From Spirochaetia bacterium (GTDB taxonomy: Bacteria > Spirochaetota > Spirochaetia > DSM-27196 > Salinispiraceae): DNA of 64,000 bases. The DNA is taken from the NCBI GenBank assembly GCA_038204425.1, contig JBBRCZ010000001.1:192001-256000 (forward strand), given 5' to 3'. The notes under the pieces were generated by a model, which saw nothing but the letters and a program-made list of their open reading frames with translations, was not told the DNA's origin and did no database searches. This document shows positions 29,014 to 38,016 of the stretch, piece by piece (position 1 is the first letter of the stretch; every line of letters begins with the position of its first letter). Position numbers and translations under genes: made by a program.

Positions 29014-30449
29014 GAGAGTGGTCTCAATTCCAAATGGGCGACTGCTTCTATATGGTGAGTTTGAGGCATCATATCTACTCCTTGTAAGGTGCTTAGTCGA
29101 TAGTTTTTTTTAAGTATCTCTAAGTCGCGGATCAGGCTTTCTAGTTTGCAGCTGACGTAAACTAGTTGTTTGACCCCCGAGTCTCTTATACGTTCTGCAA
29201 CCTTGGGGTGCAAGCCGGCTCGAGGTGGATCCAAAACCATCGATGAGGGATGGCCCTCTGTATTAAATAAGACTTCACTTAGTAGATCTTTAATATCCCC
29301 AGAATAGAAGACCGCATTACTTATACCGGAACTAAGCATGTTTTGCCTGGCCAGTTCAACTGAAGCGTCAACGTACTCAATGCCGACAACTTTTTTTGCA
29401 TAGGTAGCTAAAACTGCGCTGATAGTGCCGACGCCACAATAAAGATCGTAGACAATATCTTGCTTCTTTGGTTTAAGTAGGTCAACAATAATTTGATAAA
29501 GCATTTCAGTCTGAGCCTTGTTTACTTGAAAGAATGTTTGCGGACCAACTGCAAAGTCAATGCCTTTGATTGTTTCAGTAATAGAAAGCTTGCCTTGCCA
29601 ATATATAGGTTCAAGGTCGCTATAAGAATCATTTGATTTTGAGTTTACCAGATACCAGGTAGAATCTATCCAGGGCAAAGTGCTTTGCAAGTCTTGCATA
29701 AAAAGCTTTTCTTTTTCACAAAATTCCGTAAAGATCGGCATTACCAAAACTTCCTCGTGCGAGCTCGACCTTATCAAAACAGTTCGCAAGCTTCCTTTCA
29801 TGGTGCGTTGATTGTAGTAGTCGATACCAAAAGACTTAGCTCTGGTGGAAAGCCAGGCAAGGATCAGGTTGGCCTTTTTTGATTGTAAGAGGCATTCAGT
29901 TATTTCCAGGACCTTATTACCGGAGTAAGGAACAAAGAGGCCAATTGCCTTCTTGTTCTCGCTATCAAGCTCATTGGAAAGACTATACACTCTATTTGAT
30001 GCGGTAAATTCCATTTTGTTGCGATAGTAAAATTCTTCCTTGGCGAATTGCATAGGTAGAACATTGGTTTGGTCTGCCAAAATAAAGGAAGCAAGGTTAG
30101 TGGTCAAGCATTCCTGTTTGATCTTGCTCTGAAAATTATAGTCAATGTGTTGAAAATCACAGCCTCCACAGTGGCCAAAAAAACGACACGGCGGGTCTCT
30201 GCGATGCGCACTTACAGCACTTGATTCAATTACTTTGCCTTGATGTTTTCCACCTTGCTTGCCTAAGTAGGTGAAATTGACCGATTCGCCCACCATAGTT
30301 TTCCGTGCGTCAAAATAAATTTCAGATTCTATTGATTTTAAGTTTGGGTCAGAATTGTCTTCATAAGGAAACCAACTAGCGTAGAATTTTCCATTGCTGT
30401 GCATCCCTTTTATCAGGACCGCCTCATGGATACTATTTTTTTTGGGCAT
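29010..30449 (-). CDS. rlmD: 23S rRNA m5U1939 methyltransferase
   Basis: Motifs CxxFGHCGGC, YRNKMEF, FFQVN, DLYCGVG, DPPRAG, YVSC, PQTHHIE. Start 30449 supported by promoter. Confidence 0.9.
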   Translation of the reverse strand: MPKKNSIHEAVLIKGMHSNGKFYASWFPYEDNSDPNLKSIESEIYFDARKTMVGESVNFTYLGKQGGKHQGKVIESSAVSAHRRDPPCRFFGHCGGCDFQHIDYNFQSKIKQECLTTNLASFILADQTNVLPMQFAKEEFYYRNKMEFTASNRVYSLSNELDSENKKAIGLFVPYSGNKVLEITECLLQSKKANLILAWLSTRAKSFGIDYYNQRTMKGSLRTVLIRSSSHEEVLVMPIFTEFCEKEKLFMQDLQSTLPWIDSTWYLVNSKSNDSYSDLEPIYWQGKLSITETIKGIDFAVGPQTFFQVNKAQTEMLYQIIVDLLKPKKQDIVYDLYCGVGTISAVLATYAKKVVGIEYVDASVELARQNMLSSGISNAVFYSGDIKDLLSEVLFNTEGHPSSMVLDPPRAGLHPKVAERIRDSGVKQLVYVSCKLESLIRDLEILKKNYRLSTLQGVDMMPQTHHIEAVAHLELRPLS

Positions 30450-30456
30450 ACAGGCT

Positions 30457-30508
30457 ATGTTAGCAGCATGAGCCACCGATGACAAGCCGGTGATTACCGT
30501 TATACAAT
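30457..30508. promoter_or_regulatory. divergent rlmD/trmH promoters with overlapping -35 boxes
   Basis: Minus strand TTGTCA-17-TGn-TAACAT; plus strand ATGACA-18-TACAAT. Confidence 0.6.
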
Positions 30509-30513
30509 GTCTG

Positions 30514-31212
30514 ATGCCCACAATTCCTTTTGACAAAGAATTTTTAGAATACTTAAAAAAGCAGATTACTAGCGAACGCTTAAGTCGGTTTAATCAGGTA
30601 ATCCAACATCGTACACGCTATGGGAGCGTTCTTTTAGAAAACCTGTTTCAGGAACACAATGCCAGTGCGGTATTGCGTACGTGCGACGCTCTTGGCTTCC
30701 AAGATGTACATATTGTGGAGAACGAGAATAAATGGCGAGTAAATGATCAAATCTCACTTGGCTCTGCACAGTGGCTTAACCTAAAGAAAGCGCCTCAATC
30801 TTCAGACGGTACAGAGCTACTGATTGACCGTCTTAAGAAATCAGGTCATCGCATAGTAGCGACTAGTCCTCACGTAGATGGCTACGAGCTCTACGATTTT
30901 CCTATAGAAAAAGGGAAATTTGTCATGATGTTTGGAACAGAACTTAAAGGTCTAAGCCAAATTGCATTGTCTATGGCAGATGAGCACGTCAGAATTCCAA
31001 TGTATGGATTTGTGGAAAGTTTCAATATTTCCGTTTCTGCCGCGATTTGCCTTTCCCACATAAGCAATCAATTGAGAAAATCAAAGCTTGAATGGCAACT
31101 TTCTAACCATGAACAAGATGTGCTTCTTCAAGAATGGATTCTGGCTTCGGTCAAACAGGCCTCTAAGCATCTCGATTACTTCAAACAGCTGCCGAAACCA
31201 AGTCCTGACTAG
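30514..31212 (+). CDS. trmH: TrmH-family tRNA Gm18 2'-O-methyltransferase
   Basis: Motifs HNASAVLRTCDALG, FGTELKG, IPMYGFVESFNISV. Confidence 0.88.
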   Translation: MPTIPFDKEFLEYLKKQITSERLSRFNQVIQHRTRYGSVLLENLFQEHNASAVLRTCDALGFQDVHIVENENKWRVNDQISLGSAQWLNLKKAPQSSDGTELLIDRLKKSGHRIVATSPHVDGYELYDFPIEKGKFVMMFGTELKGLSQIALSMADEHVRIPMYGFVESFNISVSAAICLSHISNQLRKSKLEWQLSNHEQDVLLQEWILASVKQASKHLDYFKQLPKPSPD

Positions 31213-31687
31213 TTTCAGCAAGATCGAGGCTTTTAAGTTCTTCTTGGATAAAGATTCGGTCGATGTCGACAATGATCACAAAGTCTTGCTCTATTTTTGC
31301 AATACCCTGAATAAAGGCCGCATCCACGCTTGTTCCAAGTTGTGGTGGAGGCGCAATATCTTGTTTGCCAATCTCTATAACTTCTTGCACAGAATCAACC
31401 AAGATACCCAGCGAAATAGTTTCATCAGATAGAACCACTTCAATTATGATAACTCGTGAATTGACAGTTCTGTCAGCTTCGTCTAAACCAAGCTTCAAAC
31501 GCAGGTCAATTACTGGAATTACGCTGCCGCGGATGTTTATCACACCTTTCATAAAGGCAGGCATGCGCGGAACTCGGGTTATTTTTGGGATTTCTAATAC
31601 TTCTCGTACCTGCAAAACACCAATGCCATATTGCTCATCAGACAAGTGAAAAGTGAGATACTGCAAACGGGTATTGTCTTCGCTCAT
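31181..31687 (-). CDS. cheW: chemotaxis coupling protein CheW
   Basis: Motifs QYLTF, VREVL, GVINIRGSVIPVIDLR, GILVDSV; SD GGAGG before ATG 31687. Confidence 0.93.
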   Translation of the reverse strand: MSEDNTRLQYLTFHLSDEQYGIGVLQVREVLEIPKITRVPRMPAFMKGVINIRGSVIPVIDLRLKLGLDEADRTVNSRVIIIEVVLSDETISLGILVDSVQEVIEIGKQDIAPPPQLGTSVDAAFIQGIAKIEQDFVIIVDIDRIFIQEELKSLDLAETSQDLVSAAV

Positions 31688-31797
31688 ACAACCTCCAATG
31701 ATGTTCAACGCCTATATTTTCGTAGGTGAACATACCTGATTAGCTTAGCTTTAAGTCTATGTCAGCAGTCGTTGTAGTGCAATAGCTGGTCAATCCT

Positions 31798-32460
31798 TTA
31801 GTTTTGTTTCTTGTCACTTGGAGCAATTATAACAAAGACACCTTCATCATTTTGCTTAATTGACAATTGTTTACCATAGTTTGCTCCCGACTCGTCGAGT
31901 GCTAAAAGGTCAACCGTATAGTCTTGACTATCCAACGGGATCAAAAAGCTAATTTCTGCACCCGGTGGCAAATAGGACTCAGAACCTAATAGCTCGAAGC
32001 CCCAAGCGTTGGAGTCTGAAGGAGATAAATAGAAGTAGTTTATGTTTTGATTGAGACCGTTTTTGAGCACAATTTCGCACAGTAAAAGATCATCTATTCG
32101 TTGACTGCTTCTGTTTTGGCTAGCAATTGAAATCTCTGTCTTGGCACCATCTGTAATTTGAATATCTTTTAAGTAGTAGACCTGACCCGTATTGTCTATT
32201 GCCAAAAAATCAAAGAATTCTGACTGATTTGGATAGAAGACAAAAAAATCGAGTTTCTTCCCGCTTTGAATTTGCTTTGGTCCGGCCAAGATGTCGGCAC
32301 TCCAATATGAGCTTTTTTGAGCGGAAACAAATAGGTAGTCTATGACACGAGACGATCCCAATTTGTTTTCTATTGTCACGGTATTGAAGTCTTCTGGGCT
32401 GACGCCAGTCAATAAAAAAATTGACAGCAAACAAAGTGCAAAGAAACTTGGGTATTTCAC
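31798..32460 (-). CDS. secreted hypothetical protein with two tandem copies of a beta domain
   Basis: GTG 32460 after SD GGAGAGG; signal peptide; repeats YLFVS...WSADIL and YFYLSP...WGFELLG. Confidence 0.7.
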   Translation of the reverse strand: MKYPSFFALCLLSIFLLTGVSPEDFNTVTIENKLGSSRVIDYLFVSAQKSSYWSADILAGPKQIQSGKKLDFFVFYPNQSEFFDFLAIDNTGQVYYLKDIQITDGAKTEISIASQNRSSQRIDDLLLCEIVLKNGLNQNINYFYLSPSDSNAWGFELLGSESYLPPGAEISFLIPLDSQDYTVDLLALDESGANYGKQLSIKQNDEGVFVIIAPSDKKQN

Positions 32461-32503
32461 TGGACCTCTCCAATTATAAAGTACTAAAGCAAGCGTACTT
32501 TTA

Positions 32504-34063
32504 CTATTCTGGATCATTAAGAACCCCATGAATTTCAAGAATCTCTGGGAGCTTTTCTTTAAAGGCTTCTACAACCTTTGGATCAAATTGGGTACCGGCA
32601 TTGTCTTGGATATAGTTTACTACCATTTCCACCGGCCATGCAGGTTTGTAAACGCGGTTGTGTAGAAGTGCATCAAATACGTCTGCCACACAGGTGATTC
32701 GTCCTACTAAGGGTATGTTGTCAGCTTCTAATCCCTGAGGATATCCCTTGCCATCCCAACGCTCATGATGGGTTAGGGCAATGGTGGCTGCCACTTGTAA
32801 TGCTTTGTGGGCGCCGCCGCGCAGCAGATTGTAGCCAATTATTGTGTGTTTTCGCATTTCTAACAGTTCAGCTTCATCCAAAGCATCTGGCTTGCTCAAA
32901 ATAGCGTCGCTAATACCAATTTTTCCAATATCATGTAACGGTACTGATAGTTTGAGAATCTCAGCTTCTTGATTGGTCATTCCCATGCTCAGCGCTAACA
33001 AGGCTGTTACGGAAGAAACTCGGCGAACATGATAACCAGTTTCTATACTACGAGACTCCACAACCTCGCCAAGAGTAAAAATCAACTCAGTCTGTGATTC
33101 CTCGATGGTATTGGAGAGGGACATATTGAGTAGAGCAATACCAACATTGTTTGCAAAAACTTTAATTATATCCTGATCTTCTAAAGTCAAAGAATGTGGA
33201 GCCCTAAAAACTATAACGTTTGACGCTCCATCGTCGCTTCTCATATAACCTATATAAAGATCATCAATAAAGCGAGATTCTTTGTTGTTAAACGACTGGT
33301 TGACAAGCGACACTAGCTGCTTGTCTTCAAGGTCATCAATTCGGCGTCCAACATAGCTGTTGTAAGAGCCCGTTGCGCTCACAATGCGCAATTCACCCGG
33401 TGAACCATGAATTGCCAATCCTTCGGCTCTCGCCAAAATGGAGTCTTCATCGGCATCAAGCAAAGAGGTCAACTGGGTAAGCACGCCTTCAAAAAACTTG
33501 ACCAAAGACTGACGTTCTGAAAAAAGAATTGATGCTTGTACGATTTTTTCTAGCCCGAGCCTCGATCGGTTAATGATGCTAAGATCCCGGAAGCCACGTA
33601 GCGCGACCGTTATGGTGGTCCATAACTTTGTGTCGGTAAGCTCCGTTTTTTCTTTGTAGTCGTTAATGTCGTACTTGGTAATGACTTGCTTCTCGGGAGC
33701 GGCTCCCGGTTGACCAGTACGCAAAATAATGCGCACCAGTTTGTCCCTTTGAACTTCTCTAATCCAATGTACCAGTGATAGACCTGCTGTATCATCTTCC
33801 ATTACTACGTCAAGTAGTATTACACCGATGTACTTGTTTCTCTGAATGATCTCTTTTGCCTCAATTGAATTGTGAGCGTGAAGAAACTCAATGCCCCTAT
33901 TTTCAAATGTGTAATCTTTAAGCACCAAGGTTGTAATTGTGTGAACTTCAACTTCGTCATCAACGATTAAGACCTTCCAGCGCCGGCCTAAGCTGACAGG
34001 AATAGTTAGCAGCGGAGACTCTTCCTTAAAGACCAGAAAATCATTTTTTGTGTCCGAAACCAT
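32504..34063 (-). CDS. response regulator with REC, DUF3369-like and HD-GYP domains (c-di-GMP phosphodiesterase)
   Basis: Motifs LIVDDE, LLDVVME, LRTGQPG, HDIGK, HHERWDGKGYP, ADVFDAL. Confidence 0.9.
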   Translation of the reverse strand: MVSDTKNDFLVFKEESPLLTIPVSLGRRWKVLIVDDEVEVHTITTLVLKDYTFENRGIEFLHAHNSIEAKEIIQRNKYIGVILLDVVMEDDTAGLSLVHWIREVQRDKLVRIILRTGQPGAAPEKQVITKYDINDYKEKTELTDTKLWTTITVALRGFRDLSIINRSRLGLEKIVQASILFSERQSLVKFFEGVLTQLTSLLDADEDSILARAEGLAIHGSPGELRIVSATGSYNSYVGRRIDDLEDKQLVSLVNQSFNNKESRFIDDLYIGYMRSDDGASNVIVFRAPHSLTLEDQDIIKVFANNVGIALLNMSLSNTIEESQTELIFTLGEVVESRSIETGYHVRRVSSVTALLALSMGMTNQEAEILKLSVPLHDIGKIGISDAILSKPDALDEAELLEMRKHTIIGYNLLRGGAHKALQVAATIALTHHERWDGKGYPQGLEADNIPLVGRITCVADVFDALLHNRVYKPAWPVEMVVNYIQDNAGTQFDPKVVEAFKEKLPEILEIHGVLNDPE

Positions 34064-34084
34064 GTTCCCCCCGCTCCATTTAAA

Positions 34085-34113
34085 ACTATAACCAGATGAC
34101 GACCAAATTGCAA
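34085..34113 (-). promoter_or_regulatory. sigma70 promoter of HD-GYP regulator
   Basis: TTGCAA-17-TATAGT on the minus strand. Confidence 0.6.
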
Positions 34114-34145
34114 AAGAAATTGAAGTTCAAATACTACAATAGCTT

Positions 34146-34952
34146 CTAAATAAAATCTCCTTGCTTTATGCGTTCTTTAAGTATTATAGTTCGTTTTTGA
34201 TAGTAGAGCTCACGCGATGGAAAAGCCTCTGCCAATGTACCGTACAAATCAATTTCTAGCTCCAGTATGCGCAGAAGTTTGGCCTGTGGGTCTGCGCGAA
34301 AACTCGAATCATTCTTAATAATCATATGTCGCGTATTGAATCGAGTCGCGGGCAAGCTATCTGCCATCTTACGAATGTTGTTGAGTGAGAGGCCGCCACC
34401 GACGGAACTCTCTTTTCCGTTTCTTTGAATTTTTTGTAAGATCGAACGAGTCAAGAGTTGAACTTCTTCATCATCAACCGAGAGGTGCATGCTTTGTGAA
34501 AAATCACCGCGCCCTATGGTGATTTGTGTGATCGATACCATGGAACTGCAGTCAAAAAAATTATCGAGATTGGCATATGCCGTTCGAGTTTCAAGATTAA
34601 AAGAAAGCAGTGGTTTCTTAGTGTTCTGAGATTCTGCAACTATTGTTTGTGCAGCCTCTACAAAGTTTTTAAGTGCATAGGTGCTTTCCACCATAGGGGC
34701 CAAAATCCCGTCCGCACCAATGCTTGTACAGAAGCGAATGTCCCGACGTGCCTCTGGGCCACCAATCTTAATAACTAGAGGTACAACTATCGGACCATCC
34801 AAGTGGCCTTCTGGATTTTGTAAGCTGATCTGTCTAAATAGGAGAAGTTCAGCGTCATCCATATCTTCAACCTCAGTACCGCCTTTGAGTCCGTACAATG
34901 AGGCTTCGTCTTTAAGATTGGCTAAACGCTTTGATAAGTCTTTGAGTTTCAT
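34146..34952 (-). CDS. HpcH/HpaI aldolase/citrate lyase-like protein
   Basis: Motifs KIGGPEARRD, APMVES, NLET, TIGRGDF, SVGGG. Confidence 0.75.
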   Translation of the reverse strand: MKLKDLSKRLANLKDEASLYGLKGGTEVEDMDDAELLLFRQISLQNPEGHLDGPIVVPLVIKIGGPEARRDIRFCTSIGADGILAPMVESTYALKNFVEAAQTIVAESQNTKKPLLSFNLETRTAYANLDNFFDCSSMVSITQITIGRGDFSQSMHLSVDDEEVQLLTRSILQKIQRNGKESSVGGGLSLNNIRKMADSLPATRFNTRHMIIKNDSSFRADPQAKLLRILELEIDLYGTLAEAFPSRELYYQKRTIILKERIKQGDFI

Positions 34953-35027
34953 AAGAATGATTATCGGATTTTTTTGGCTACAATTGTCAGTAATCTTGCT
35001 AAGGAAATGTTCAAACCTCAGCTTTGT

Positions 35028-35101
35028 CGCGTCCAGCAGGGCTCGAACCTGCGACCTACGGCTTAGAAGGCCGTTGCTCTATCCAGCTGAGCTATGGACG
35101 C
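35028..35101 (-). tRNA. tRNA-Arg (TCT)
   Basis: GCGTCCA/TGGACGC acceptor stem, loop CT-TCT-AA, T arm GGTTCGAGCCC. Confidence 0.95.
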
Positions 35102-35116
35102 TCGGTATGATCGAAT

Positions 35117-35189
35117 TCGGGATGAGAGGACTCGAACCTCCGATATCCTGGTCCCAAACCAGGCGCCATAGCCACTAGGCGACATCCCG
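35117..35189 (-). tRNA. tRNA-Pro (TGG)
   Basis: CGGGATG/CATCCCG acceptor stem, CCTGG-TTTGGGA-CCAGG anticodon arm. Confidence 0.95.
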
Positions 35190-35200
35190 TATGGAGGCAG

Positions 35201-35229
35201 ATATTACCGGTCTTTAGCCATGAGGTCAA
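35201..35229 (-). promoter_or_regulatory. sigma70 promoter of tRNA-Pro/tRNA-Arg
   Basis: TTGACC-17-TAATAT, 11 nt upstream of tRNA-Pro. Confidence 0.7.
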
Positions 35230-36060
35230 CCTCAAAAGCTGTATTTTTGCACGATAGTGGTCTTTCTAGCACTCAGACTTAATGTTGGGCGTGCTCCCGA
35301 CTTTGTTGTAGACTTTAACAATGTTACAAACTCAGACCAATACAGGGACAAAGATAACTGCGCCAAGAAGGTTTTTTTTAAGGTCTCCGCTACTATATTG
35401 TCGCCGCCTTATTTTAAACAGGGGACAAGGTGACTTGCAGCAAAGAAAGCTAAATCCATTTATGCTCTCAACAGTGCCAAGCGCGGTATAAATAGATAGG
35501 GTATTTGACGAAATGAAATTATCCAAAAGATCGTAGTACTTGGACAGAAAAATCGTCAGAATTTCCCAACTACGGTGGCAAGGTAAGGATGCTCAGGATG
35601 AACTAGATCGATCAAATCAAAGAAATTCAACTCTAAAGCATTCTGTTCCAAATACTGATGTTCATATCCCTTGGTGCAGAGCTCTATGATGCTGGGCAAA
35701 TCTCAACTGGGCAATCTGAGAGTGGTGACAGCATTGGCTGCAGCTCGGAGAGAAATCCAAGTTTCGGTGGAAAGTCGTCAAAGTTGCCAAATGACAGTTC
35801 CCTTCGATTCTTATCCCTTCTATTTTTAAATCAGCGCAATCGCATGAATTTGTTCATGTTCAATTATACAAAAGTATTCTCTATTTGCTGATGTTCTCCC
35901 AAAATTCATCAAAAGCTTTTCTATTGCCTCTTTTTTTAACTTCGAACGCGTTTTACGTACCTTGACAACGACAATAGAATAGAAAATTGAGTTTATGAAC
36001 TAAAAAAAACTAGTACTGGAAATATTTAAGCTTAATATTCTCGTCATCAGTCGCAGCACA

Positions 36061-36351
36061 ATGACACAGGACACAATGTACGATGTAGCAAAGCAAGAAA
36101 CAAAATGTCTTTCGTCCGGATCTAGTATGACTTTTGGTTTGGGCACTGCATCGGCTTTGGATATCTATGGCCGTTATAGTAAATAAAATTTTAAATACAT
36201 GTCGCTATTTGCAACCGCTAATGTTACTTACGCATATGCTTTTGATGGTGTCTGCCCAGCTTTTAACCCGGGATTTGGTATAAATGTAACACTACACCGT
36301 ATTGTCATAATGACGTTCAATTTTTTTGGTAGCATTGATGTGTGTTTTTGA
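36061..36351 (+). pseudogene. possible relic of an outer-membrane beta-barrel gene
   Basis: 97 codons with one internal TAA (36184). Amphipathic strands SLFATANVTYAYAF and NPGFGINVTL; ends in Phe. Confidence 0.3.
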
Positions 36352-36501
36352 CTTAATTGATCTGCGGCTGTTTGATGTCAAGCCGTGTATTGGCACTGAG
36401 CTAAAGCCTTTTGCAAGTAGTCGTGGCAGAACATTTTTGTATGTGAACTTTTTAGTCGGAGCAAGTTTTGCAATTGGGCTATTGACATCGATTTGGCTCA
36501 T
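36292..36501 (-). CDS. possible small basic hypothetical protein (69 aa)
   Basis: GAGAGAG purine tract and TATAAT upstream; no recognisable motif. Confidence 0.3.
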   Translation of the reverse strand: MSQIDVNSPIAKLAPTKKFTYKNVLPRLLAKGFSSVPIHGLTSNSRRSIKSKTHINATKKIERHYDNTV

Positions 36502-36885
36502 ACAATCTCTCTCTCACTTAGTTTCTATTATAATGCTTATGTAGGTGAGATGAAATTTCAAGCAGTGTATCGTATAGTCTTTGACGAATTGTAATTGTTG
36601 AGCCCAATCGGCTCCTCAACTAAACTAAGCAGATGTCTTGAGCACTCGTTACAAGCCGTGCACGAGCAAGACTGGGGACAGTATGAATGAGCTATAGCTG
36701 TGGGTTATTTGTGCCAACAGGGTTATCCTTGATCAAAAATTGAGCTTAGTCCAAACGACATCGCCAATCTATTACCTGATCTTGCCAGTTTTGGGAGGTA
36801 CTCAGAAGCTCAGTGCATGCTCTGGACTATCGCCCATCTGACCACTATCTGCCACCATTTTTGACCTTCGATAGATGGAGCAGAT

Positions 36886-37266
36886 TTAGCTCCCGCAACC
36901 GCAGCCGCTGCCGCACGAGCCACAGGAACTTGATCCAGTTCCACATCCACCCGTCATCGAATCCAATACGCCCGTCTGCACCAAGTTTAGGCCATCAGCA
37001 ATAGATCCACTTGCACCATAAAAGACCTGAATACCACGGGACTCTAGAGCTGCGATAAATTCATCACTGATAGAGTTTGCAAGTAATCTGCCGGCTCCTT
37101 TTTCTGAAAGTAACTGGGCAGTTTTTTGGCAATCGAGAGGTGTCTCAATGGAAAGAGAACCTATTTCTAGTTCTTCACTAGTCCCCGATACTATCGTATA
37201 GGATTTAGTAGTCTCACAATCTTGGGCTATATCGCCCGCGTTTTCTGGAATAGCCGTTGTTATCAT
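36886..37266 (-). CDS. NifB/NifX-like (FeMo-co/Fe-S biosynthesis fold) protein with Cys/Gly tail
   Basis: AQLLSEKGAGRLLANSI...LESRGIQV pattern; tail GGCGTGSSSCGSCGSGCGCGS; promoter TTGCTC-17-TATAGT. Confidence 0.7.
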   Translation of the reverse strand: MITTAIPENAGDIAQDCETTKSYTIVSGTSEELEIGSLSIETPLDCQKTAQLLSEKGAGRLLANSISDEFIAALESRGIQVFYGASGSIADGLNLVQTGVLDSMTGGCGTGSSSCGSCGSGCGCGS

Positions 37267-37371
37267 AGTTTAACTATAGCAAGCGCACTCAGGATGAGCA
37301 ACTAATAAAGATTTGTGTTATCGATGATTTTTCTTGAGTTTGCAAAAAAAGGGACGTATACTCTTGCGACA

Positions 37372-38016
37372 GTGACTGAAAGTGAACGAAGCCAAGAGAT
37401 CATCAGAATCTGCAAAGATGCGTATGGTAGCATAGCGCCGTTTCTGGCGTATAACACCCCCTTCCAACTCTTAGTGGCTGTGGCAATGTCGGCACAAACT
37501 ACTGATGAACAAGTCAACCGGTGCACTCCAACACTATTTGAAAAATATCCGACGGAAAGAGAACTTGCTTTGGCTAGTCTTGAAGACATTGAGTCAATTA
37601 TCAAGACCACCGGGTTTTTTAGGTCAAAGGCGCGGCATATCAAAGGCGCAGCCATGTTTCTTATTGAAAATTTCGCTGGTTGCGTTCCTGATAACATGGA
37701 GGATCTGATAAAGATTCCAGGTATTGGAAGAAAGTCGGCGGGTGTGATTCTTCACTATATTTTTGGAAAGCCTGCCATAATAGTTGATACCCACTTTGGT
37801 CGCGTATCAAGAAAACTCGGTTTTACCTCTTCTGAGGATCCATTTGTTATTGAAAAAGATATAGCTGCATTGGTACCGCTGGAATTTTGGAGTGACGCAT
37901 CGATGCTGCTAAATGTTCATGGCAGAAGAATTTGCCAAGCACGAAAGCCACGCTGTGCGGAGTGCCGTTTAATTTCATTCTGTCCTTCAGCTATTGTTGG
38001 TAGCAGTCTGGTTTAG
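37372..38016 (+). CDS. nth: endonuclease III
   Basis: Motifs SAQTTD, IPGIGRKSA, VDTH, CQARKPRCAECRLISFC. GTG 37372 lies downstream of TTGAGT-17-TATACT. Confidence 0.93.
   Translation: MTESERSQEIIRICKDAYGSIAPFLAYNTPFQLLVAVAMSAQTTDEQVNRCTPTLFEKYPTERELALASLEDIESIIKTTGFFRSKARHIKGAAMFLIENFAGCVPDNMEDLIKIPGIGRKSAGVILHYIFGKPAIIVDTHFGRVSRKLGFTSSEDPFVIEKDIAALVPLEFWSDASMLLNVHGRRICQARKPRCAECRLISFCPSAIVGSSLV

Noticed and set aside
34681..35178. 165-aa plus-strand ORF
   Set aside because: Antisense to the aldolase and two tRNAs.
35690..35750. GGGCAAA... resembling the start of a c-di-GMP-I riboswitch
   Set aside because: No GNRA-capped P2 or GACGCAAAGC core, and no downstream gene.
36550..36864. TGA recoding or alternative genetic code
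   Set aside because: TGA terminates many conserved genes here (priA, miaA, ferredoxin), and stop density in this frame is near random.
35028..36880. tRNA-anchored integrative element
   Set aside because: No integrase, no duplicated tRNA 3' end, and the gap lies on the tRNA 5' side.
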